Source: Candidatus Wolfebacteria bacterium GW2011_GWE2_44_13 (lineage in GTDB: Bacteria; Patescibacteriota; Minisyncoccia; UBA6257; UBA9933). Taken from it: 64,000 bases of DNA. Positions 57,680 through 64,000 of this stretch are shown here, piece by piece (the first letter of the stretch is position 1; the number at the start of each line of letters is the position of its first letter). The position numbers and the translations under genes were made by a program. The notes beneath the pieces are model-generated. The model had not been told where the DNA came from. It worked only from the letters and a program-made list of their open reading frames with translations, and ran no database searches. The stretch is from assembly GCA_001000675.1 (NCBI GenBank), contig LCHW01000001.1, positions 360,875 to 424,874 of the forward strand. The letters are read 5' to 3'.

Positions 57680-57975
57680 TTTTTTCTTTTATTGGTTATG
57701 CTATGAAGAACAAAAATAAAAATTATTTTTTGTGTAGGAACGTAAATAAAAAATATTTTTATAAAAATATTTTCTAAAAATGTTTTTTTAGAGTTATCCA
57801 CATTGTAAAAAATATTTTTATAGTTCAAAATTAAAGTATAAGAAGAATAATAAATTAAAAATAAATAAATTCATTTTTTATTTTCAATTTTATTTTTTTT
57901 ATCCATGGGTTATCGGTTTAAAATAATTTGATTGGTCGACAAATTAATTTTAAATATATAAATTAATTATTACGT
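57680..57975. promoter_or_regulatory. Extremely AT-rich intergenic region with repeated AAAAATATTTTT palindromes, one perfect DnaA-box consensus TTATCCACA (57794-57802) and one degenerate box (TTATCCATG, 57897-57905).
   Basis: Direct inspection; about 300 bp with very low GC. Confidence 0.35.
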
Positions 57976-58011
57976 GTGTGCACTTTGGTGTATGCGCAAC
58001 ATAAAAAAATT

Positions 58012-58164
58012 ATGGCAGCAAAAAAAGCAGCTAAAAAGGCAGTAAAGAAAGTAGCTAAGAAGGCAGTAAAGAAGGCCGCTAAGAAAGTAGTAAAGAAAGC
58101 GGTAAAGAAGGTGGCTAAGAAGGTAGTAAAGAAGGCCACAAAAAAGGTAGCAAAAAAGAAATAA
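58012..58164 (+). CDS. Lys/Ala-repeat histone H1-like basic protein (KKAxKKV repeats).
   Basis: MAAKKAAKKAVKKVAKKAVKKAAKKVVKK... encoded by roughly 24-30-bp tandem DNA repeats and followed by a strong terminator. The antisense ORF at 57963-58370 is spurious. Confidence 0.5.
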   Translation: MAAKKAAKKAVKKVAKKAVKKAAKKVVKKAVKKVAKKVVKKATKKVAKKK

Positions 58165-58175
58165 GTACCTAAAAA

Positions 58176-58210
58176 ACAGCCCCCGGGAGTCTTCCCAGGG
58201 CTGTTTTTTT
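58176..58210 (+). terminator. Intrinsic terminator.
   Basis: aaaaaacagccc-ccgggagtcttcc-cagggctgttttttt. Confidence 0.6.
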
Positions 58211-58247
58211 GTGGTATTATACAAGTAATAAACAGGGGATTAATTAA

Positions 58248-58613
58248 TTGAAAAAGCCTATGCAAATCATCATTAAAACAACGCAAATAGAGCTTACGGA
58301 TGCGCTTAACCAGTACGTAGAAGATCGCATCAAATCGCTTGAAAAGTATATTGGCAGATTTGAGGAACAAGGAGAGTCAGTTGCTCGCGTAGAGCTTGCT
58401 CGCACAACACAGCATCATCGCAATGGAGATGTGTTTAACGTAGAAGTTAATTTACAGCTTGATGGAGAAGTTATTCGTGCAGAACGTGATGGTGAAGATA
58501 TGTACGCAACAATCGATGCAGTAAAAGATGTGCTTAAAGTCGAAATCCAGAAGTTTAAGGATCTCCGCGTTGATAAGCCAATATCTGATGCACAGCGAGC
58601 AGAAGAGGTATAA
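58248..58613 (+). CDS. hpf: Ribosome hibernation promoting factor (HPF/RaiA/YfiA family).
   Basis: MQIIIKTTQIELTDALNQYVEDRIKSLEKYI ... the beta-alpha-beta-beta-beta-alpha pattern of the ribosomal subunit-interface protein. Confidence 0.7.
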   Translation: MKKPMQIIIKTTQIELTDALNQYVEDRIKSLEKYIGRFEEQGESVARVELARTTQHHRNGDVFNVEVNLQLDGEVIRAERDGEDMYATIDAVKDVLKVEIQKFKDLRVDKPISDAQRAEEV

Positions 58614-58707
58614 GAGTAATAAAACAACCCGTATACTACAATGCAGGGAGCGAATAATGCTTCCTGTATTCGTTTCTTAGTGATAGTCATTATAAATTTG
58701 TATTTGT

Positions 58708-61257
58708 ATGTTTGATTTTTTGAAAAATATTTTTGGTAAATATGATTTTGATCCGCTCATTGCGGAGATAAACAATTGGGAAGGGGATATGAAGCAGCTT
58801 TCTGCTGAGGAGCTTAAGGAACGAAGTGCTACATTGCGCGATCGCGTTATCAATCAGCAAGTTCCTTTGGATGATGTTATGGCAGAAGCCTTTGCCCTCA
58901 TCCGCGAAGCATCGCGAAGAACGCTTAACCAGCGTCATTTTGACGTACAGTTGATTGGCGGCATCGTATTGCATCAAGGCAAGATTGCCGAGATGCGCAC
59001 GGGAGAAGGTAAGACACTTACGGCAACTGCCCCAGTGTACTTAAATGCATTGACGGGTAAGGGTGTGCACGTAGTTACGGTAAACGATTATTTGGCACGA
59101 CGTGACGCAGTGTGGATGGGGCAAATTTATCATGCACTCGGGGCAACAGTTGGTTGTCTTACCCATGATGCTGCGTTTATCTATGACCCATCGTTTATTG
59201 CTCCTAAAGCAGAACTTGCTGAAGCGGAGCAAGTAGCGGACGAAGCACGAGATACACTGGGCAGCTTTAAGGTTGAACAGGAATTTTTGCGACCCGTTTC
59301 CCGAAAAGAAGCATATCAGGTTGATATTTTGTATGGTACTAACCATGAGTTTGGTTTTGACTATTTGCGCGATAATCTTGCCTATCGAGCCGAGGACCAA
59401 GTGCAGCGAGGTAATCATTACGCCATCATTGATGAAATTGACAGCATCTTAATTGACGAAGCTCGTACGCCGTTGATTATTGCTGCGCCTGATTCTGAAT
59501 CCAGCGAGCACTATAAGATTTTTGCACGTATCGCAACGATGCTTTCTAAGGACGACTACGAAGTTGATGAAAAAGCGCGTAGCGTTTCCATTAACGATAG
59601 CGGTATTTCGAAGGTAGAAACCGCTCTTTCGATTAAGAATATTTATAATCCGGAAAATTTTCAGTTGGTCCATTATCTTGAAGAATCCCTTAAGGCGCAG
59701 GTATTGTTCCATAAGGATAAACAGTATGTTGTAAAAGGAGGGGAGATTATTATTGTGGATGAGTTTACGGGCCGCATGATGCCAGGGCGTCGTTATTCGG
59801 GTGGGTTGCATCAAGCAATCGAAGCAAAGGAAGGAGTACAAATTCAACAAGAGTCAAAAACATACGCACAAATTACATTGCAGAATTATTTCCGCTTGTA
59901 TGAGCGTATTGGAGGCATGACTGGAACGGCACAAACATCCGCAGAAGAATTTCACAAGGTATATAATCTTGAGGTGGTAAGTATTCCAACCAATAAGCCA
60001 CCGATGCGTAAAGATATTAGTGATGTTATTTTTAAGACAAAGGCGGAAAAATATCGCGCAGTTGTTGATGATATTAAGCAGCGCTACGACGAAGGACAAC
60101 CAGTGTTAGTGGGTACCGCTTCAATTGAGCATAATGAGCTTGTTTCGCATTTATTACACCAAGCGCATATTCCGCACCAAGTGTTGAATGCAAAAAATCA
60201 TGAACGCGAGGGTGAAATTATCGCACAGGCAGGTAAGCGAAAAGCTGTTACCGTGGCTACGAACATGGCGGGGCGTGGTGTGGACATTATTTTGGGCGGT
60301 AATCCGCCAACGATTGAAGAAGGGGAGCAGGTACGTTCATTAGGTGGATTGCATGTTATTGGTACGGATCGCCATGAAGCGCGTCGCATTGATAACCAGC
60401 TCCAGGGACGTGCAGGGCGCCAAGGAGATCCGGGTTCTTCCCATTTCTATCTTTCCCTTGAGGATGATTTGTTGCGCATTTTTGGCGGCGACCGAGTGAA
60501 AAGTTTTATGGAGACATTGAATTTCCCCGAAGGAGAGCCTATTGAATCTAAGATAATATCAAAGGTTGTAAATGAAGCACAAAAGAAGGTTGAAGGCCTA
60601 AATTTCGATGCGCGTAAGCATTTGCTCGAGTATGATGATGTACTTAACAAACAGCGAACGTTGCTCTACAGACAGCGACAGGAGGTCTTAAATGGCAATG
60701 CAAAGAATGCCGTTGTTACGATTATTGGAAAAATACACGATCTTCTTGCTGCACAAGCTATCGAACGCCCAGCGCTTGAAGAAATATTGATAAACGCAGA
60801 AATCGTTACTGCTGACGAGATTAAAACGGTGGATACACTTAAAGAGTTTTTGGATGCAAAAATTAAGGCACTTACTGAGCCGGCAGGAGAGGTTGAAGTA
60901 CGTATGCGACTATTAGCAATCATTGATCGGTTGTGGATGGGCCATCTTGAAAATCTTGAAGACTTGCGTGAGTCGGTTCGTATGCGCGCCTACGCACAGC
61001 ATGACCCGCTTGTGGAATATCGTCGTGAGAGCTATCACTTGTTCCAAGACATGCTTCGTAATTACGAAGATTGGGTATTCTTTAATATTTGGAAGTTATT
61101 ACCACAGCTTGTTGCGGCTGCAGAAACTCCTGTTGTTACCTTGCAACCTTCGGTTGCACAAAGTATGGCAGGTAAGATTGGGCGCAATGACCCTTGTTAT
61201 TGTGGGAGTGGAGAGAAATATAAACGATGTCATGGGAAGGATTTGCATACGGCATAA
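58708..61257 (+). CDS. secA: Preprotein translocase ATPase SecA.
   Basis: DEAD motor motifs (MRTGEGKTL, VTVNDYLARRDA) and the C-terminal zinc motif CYCGSGEKYKRCHG. Confidence 0.9.
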   Translation: MFDFLKNIFGKYDFDPLIAEINNWEGDMKQLSAEELKERSATLRDRVINQQVPLDDVMAEAFALIREASRRTLNQRHFDVQLIGGIVLHQGKIAEMRTGEGKTLTATAPVYLNALTGKGVHVVTVNDYLARRDAVWMGQIYHALGATVGCLTHDAAFIYDPSFIAPKAELAEAEQVADEARDTLGSFKVEQEFLRPVSRKEAYQVDILYGTNHEFGFDYLRDNLAYRAEDQVQRGNHYAIIDEIDSILIDEARTPLIIAAPDSESSEHYKIFARIATMLSKDDYEVDEKARSVSINDSGISKVETALSIKNIYNPENFQLVHYLEESLKAQVLFHKDKQYVVKGGEIIIVDEFTGRMMPGRRYSGGLHQAIEAKEGVQIQQESKTYAQITLQNYFRLYERIGGMTGTAQTSAEEFHKVYNLEVVSIPTNKPPMRKDISDVIFKTKAEKYRAVVDDIKQRYDEGQPVLVGTASIEHNELVSHLLHQAHIPHQVLNAKNHEREGEIIAQAGKRKAVTVATNMAGRGVDIILGGNPPTIEEGEQVRSLGGLHVIGTDRHEARRIDNQLQGRAGRQGDPGSSHFYLSLEDDLLRIFGGDRVKSFMETLNFPEGEPIESKIISKVVNEAQKKVEGLNFDARKHLLEYDDVLNKQRTLLYRQRQEVLNGNAKNAVVTIIGKIHDLLAAQAIERPALEEILINAEIVTADEIKTVDTLKEFLDAKIKALTEPAGEVEVRMRLLAIIDRLWMGHLENLEDLRESVRMRAYAQHDPLVEYRRESYHLFQDMLRNYEDWVFFNIWKLLPQLVAAAETPVVTLQPSVAQSMAGKIGRNDPCYCGSGEKYKRCHGKDLHTA

Positions 61258-61311
61258 ACAAAAAATCGGTTCGCTAACCAGTGGGCCGATTTTTTTGTTA
61301 TACTGCAGTAT

Positions 61312-61926
61312 ATGGATTTGCGGGAGACCTATAATCGAATAGCAGAGGATTGGCATGCTGACCATCAGAATGACGATTGGCATGCCTGCGGTACAGATAC
61401 ACTTCTGCCTTTTTTAAAGGCAGGAGGCTCTGTGCTCGATGTTGGATGTGGAGGCGGTATGAAATCCCGCTATTTTGTTAAAAAGGGATTCCACGTTGTG
61501 GGTATCGATTTTTCTGAGAACATGATTGCGATTGCCAAGCGAGAAGTACCGAGCGGTGAGTTTTATGCGCTTGACTTGCATAAAGCGGGTACGCTTGACC
61601 GCATGTTTGATTGTATTTTTATGCAAGCAGTGTTGCTGCACGTTCCAAGGCAGAAGGCGGGGGATGTTATTAAAGCGATGAAAGATCTTTTAAACATAGG
61701 CGGGTATATGTATATTGCGGTTAAGGATAAAAAGCCAGGAAGAGGCGAGGAGGAAATAAAGAAAGAAGATAATTATGGCTACGCGTATGAGCGATTTTTT
61801 AGCTACTTTAGCTTGGATGAAATAAAGATGTACATGCAGCAAGCAGGACTTGAAATTGTAGTTGAAAAAGTAACTCCGGCTGGTAATACTCGCTGGATTG
61901 AGGTAATTGGGAAGAGATTAAGTTGA
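61312..61926 (+). CDS. Class I SAM-dependent methyltransferase.
   Basis: Motif I VLDVGCGGG. Confidence 0.65.
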   Translation: MDLRETYNRIAEDWHADHQNDDWHACGTDTLLPFLKAGGSVLDVGCGGGMKSRYFVKKGFHVVGIDFSENMIAIAKREVPSGEFYALDLHKAGTLDRMFDCIFMQAVLLHVPRQKAGDVIKAMKDLLNIGGYMYIAVKDKKPGRGEEEIKKEDNYGYAYERFFSYFSLDEIKMYMQQAGLEIVVEKVTPAGNTRWIEVIGKRLS

Positions 61927-62127
61927 TTATAATATAAACCCGAATTTTGAATGCGATTTATAGTAACAATGCTGGCGGTTGTGGGCTATATTGGAACTTT
62001 TTAGTAAAAGTTGACAGTATATTATGGTGCGTTGTATAAGTTAATTAGAACAAGCGGCAATCCTGGAAGTTTTTGCATGGTGCAAAAATGATGAGGGTAC
62101 GCCATAACAAAAAAGGAGAGAGACGCC

Positions 62128-62595
62128 ATGGGAAGAAAAGATGGTAACGCCTCGGAAGAAGGAAGTACTGGCCTTTTGGTGGAGCTTATCGCTGCCGTAG
62201 TGAAAGCTATCCCTCGGGACTTAGGCAGGGAAGCGATGAAGTTCTGGACAGAAGGAGAAGGGCGGCAAAGATTAAGAAGTTTTCTTAGCCTCCTCGGGCA
62301 TGCCGATTATCCGATCGGTAGATGCATTATTGAACTTGAAGGCGAGGCGCATCATGACAAGCAGGAGGTCTTTAAGCAGGTATTAGGGCCTACAACATTT
62401 GAGGGGGCAGAGAGATGGTTACATGAAAATGGATTTACTAAATTTGCTGCCAATTTCTATACCCTCAATGGCAAGAATTACCTATGGCACCACGGGATTA
62501 CTCGGTCTGAGCCGGCTGCTGATGTGGTCTATGCAAGGGTAATATTTCCAGAGGACATGGGGTATTATCGGATCTCCTCGAACGAACTCCCTTAA
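62128..62595 (+). CDS. Hypothetical protein; GC-elevated.
   Basis: RBS aaaaaggagag. Composition is GC-richer than the neighbours, and the gene is flanked downstream by a tRNA 3'-end fragment. Confidence 0.4.
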   Translation: MGRKDGNASEEGSTGLLVELIAAVVKAIPRDLGREAMKFWTEGEGRQRLRSFLSLLGHADYPIGRCIIELEGEAHHDKQEVFKQVLGPTTFEGAERWLHENGFTKFAANFYTLNGKNYLWHHGITRSEPAADVVYARVIFPEDMGYYRISSNELP

Positions 62596-62601
62596 CCGGG
62601 T

Positions 62602-62631
62602 AAAGCCGTCGACTTCGGTCGGCGGCTTTTT
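62602..62631 (+). terminator. Intrinsic terminator.
   Basis: aaagccgtcgac-ttcg-gtcggcggcttttt. Confidence 0.5.
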
Positions 62632-62639
62632 AAAAAGCA

Positions 62640-62660
62640 TGGCGGTTAGGGATTCGAACC
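62640..62660 (-). other. Isolated tRNA 3'-end fragment (T-arm plus acceptor plus CCA), without a tRNA body.
   Basis: The reverse complement is GGTTCGAATCCCTAACCGCCA. The adjacent sequence does not fold as a cloverleaf. Confidence 0.4.
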
Positions 62661-62706
62661 TTACATAGCTTTAAATATTATGGGGTAGTTTGATTTTAAA
62701 GTATCT

Positions 62707-63858
62707 GTGTGGGCGGAAGCGTGGTATACTGAAAAAATAATGTTTGAGCCAACACGCACAAACCAATGGAAATTTTTCTTGCATGCGCATACGGCATGGG
62801 AAAGTATGCTAGAAGATTGTCGCAATGCACGAGTTTCTATTGATATGGAGCAGTATATTTTTGTACCTGATACAATTGGAAAACAATTTATCGCTATTTT
62901 GGAACAAAAGGTGCGGGAAGGTGTTCGGGTCCGTTTGCTTTGCGACGCAGCAGGAAGTTATACGCTGTACAAGTCTGCCTACGCGAAACAGCTTATTGTA
63001 CAGGGAGCTGAAATTTTATTTTTTAATCCTATTAGTCCGTGGCGAATTAATAACTATACCTCATGGTTTTTTCGTGACCATCGTAAGGTGCTTGTCGTCG
63101 ATTCTCATATTGGACATATCGGTGGGGTGGGCGTGTACCAACAAATGCACGATTGGCGTGATACCAATGTGCGTATTGAGGGATCGATTGTGCATGAATT
63201 GAGTGCTGTGTTTGACCAAATGTGGAATAGGACGAAAGAAGGAAAGTTTTTCCGATTTAGTGCGCCATTTTTTAATGCAGAGCTTCGCAATAGTAAGCCG
63301 CAAGGGCTTACTAAGTATTTCTATTTTCTTACTAATTCGCCTCGGTTTCATCAACGGTTTATTTATCATAGCTTAATCGATGCGATTAGAAGTGCACGCA
63401 GACACATATATCTTACGACCCCTTACTTTGTTCCAGATTTACGTTTGCTTCGCGTGTTGCGCCTTGCGGTTCGCAGAGGTGTCGATGTGCGCTTGGTTGT
63501 TCCTAAGACGTCAAATCATGCTATTGTTGATTTTGCTGCGCGATCGTATTTTGGAATCATATTGCGTGCTGGCGTGCGAATATTTTTGTATCATGATCGC
63601 ATGATGCACGCGAAGACGGTTGTTATTGATGACGACTGGGCCTCGGTGGGAAGCGCAAATTTGGACAGCTTAAGTTTGTTGCTTAATTACGAAGCGAATC
63701 TTGTTTGCACAAACCGTTCGTTTGTAAATGAATTAAAAGGACACTGTACAAGCGATATGGAATCGTGTCGAGAGATTGTGCTTTCTCAATGGAAACAGCG
63801 TTCACGACTGCAAAAAGTATTTGAAATGCTCACATGGCCGTTGCATAAGTTTTTGTAA
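62707..63858 (+). CDS. Phospholipase D-family protein / cardiolipin synthase-like (two HKD motifs, no TM).
   Basis: HKD-1 FRDHRKVLVVD and HKD-2 HAKTVVIDDDWASVGSANLD. The start could instead be MFEPTR at 62740. Confidence 0.7.
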   Translation: MWAEAWYTEKIMFEPTRTNQWKFFLHAHTAWESMLEDCRNARVSIDMEQYIFVPDTIGKQFIAILEQKVREGVRVRLLCDAAGSYTLYKSAYAKQLIVQGAEILFFNPISPWRINNYTSWFFRDHRKVLVVDSHIGHIGGVGVYQQMHDWRDTNVRIEGSIVHELSAVFDQMWNRTKEGKFFRFSAPFFNAELRNSKPQGLTKYFYFLTNSPRFHQRFIYHSLIDAIRSARRHIYLTTPYFVPDLRLLRVLRLAVRRGVDVRLVVPKTSNHAIVDFAARSYFGIILRAGVRIFLYHDRMMHAKTVVIDDDWASVGSANLDSLSLLLNYEANLVCTNRSFVNELKGHCTSDMESCREIVLSQWKQRSRLQKVFEMLTWPLHKFL

Positions 63859-63860
63859 GA

Positions 63861-63893
63861 AAAAGGCCCCGCAGAATATGCGGGGCTATTTGT
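63861..63893 (+). terminator. Intrinsic terminator.
   Basis: aaaaaggccccgc-agaatat-gcggggctatttg. Confidence 0.55.
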
Positions 63894-64000
63894 AAGGCAA
63901 CTGTGCGGGCTGTTAGCCGCGATTAGAGCGGGGAGTGCGAGGGGCGATGCGACGATAGAAGCCAGGGCGCTGATGTGCGCCGCTGAAACGACGGGTCACT

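Noticed and set aside
57794-57905. Calling this region the chromosomal origin (oriC).
   Set aside because: Only one perfect and one degenerate DnaA box are present, with no dnaA/dnaN nearby and no skew information. It is kept as a regulatory or AT-rich feature only.
57963-58370. 135-aa minus-strand ORF rich in FFTAFF repeats.
   Set aside because: It is the antisense reading of the KKA-repeat gene at 58012-58164. Its composition is an artefact of the repeat and it lacks an RBS.
62640-62715. Possible full tRNA or tmRNA on the minus strand.
   Set aside because: Only the 21-nt 3' end (T-arm half, acceptor, CCA) is tRNA-like. The remaining sequence is AT-rich with no D or anticodon arms, and a tmRNA would overlap the PLD-family gene.

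Overview
A low-GC (roughly low-40s % by eye), gene-dense bacterial chromosomal segment, mostly on the + strand. It has a housekeeping backbone: pheS-pheT, rbfA-infB, proS, mreB-mreC, grpE-dnaK-dnaJ, pcm, rsmE, uvrB, uvrA, uvrC, hpf and secA. There are two tRNA-Met(CAT) genes on the + strand, and tRNA-Leu(TAA) plus tRNA-Cys(GCA) on the - strand. Several universal proteins are short (IF-2 492 aa, PheT 676 aa, ProS 414 aa, UvrA 834 aa, UvrB 615 aa, UvrC 403 aa) and there are two giant repeat-containing envelope proteins. Together these suggest a streamlined, possibly CPR/Patescibacteria-like organism; that is inference only.

Accessory content:
- A DinJ-YafQ toxin-antitoxin pair with a twin-palindrome operator, next to a Pif1/RecD-like helicase gene (5'-truncated at the window edge) and a DnaQ-like exonuclease.
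- A tRNA-Met integration hotspot at 25.1-29.2 kb. It carries a duplicated tRNA 3' end and three island genes. One of these encodes an unusual chimera of sigma-70 region 4 and the RNA-polymerase alpha C-terminal domain; I consider this the most interesting candidate for an undescribed system.
- A roughly 140-bp structured intergenic repeat in three same-orientation copies, each followed by a terminator; this looks like a small-RNA or MITE-like family.
- A roughly 330-nt GC-rich ORF-free structured region between uvrB and uvrA, which I read as a candidate ncRNA.
- Several single-gene patches of clearly elevated GC, the strongest being a lipoprotein gene at 41920-42831 at roughly 60% GC, pointing to foreign origin.

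No CRISPR array, rRNA or recognisable transposase/integrase gene was seen. All calls rest on sequence and motif recognition by eye; no searches were run.
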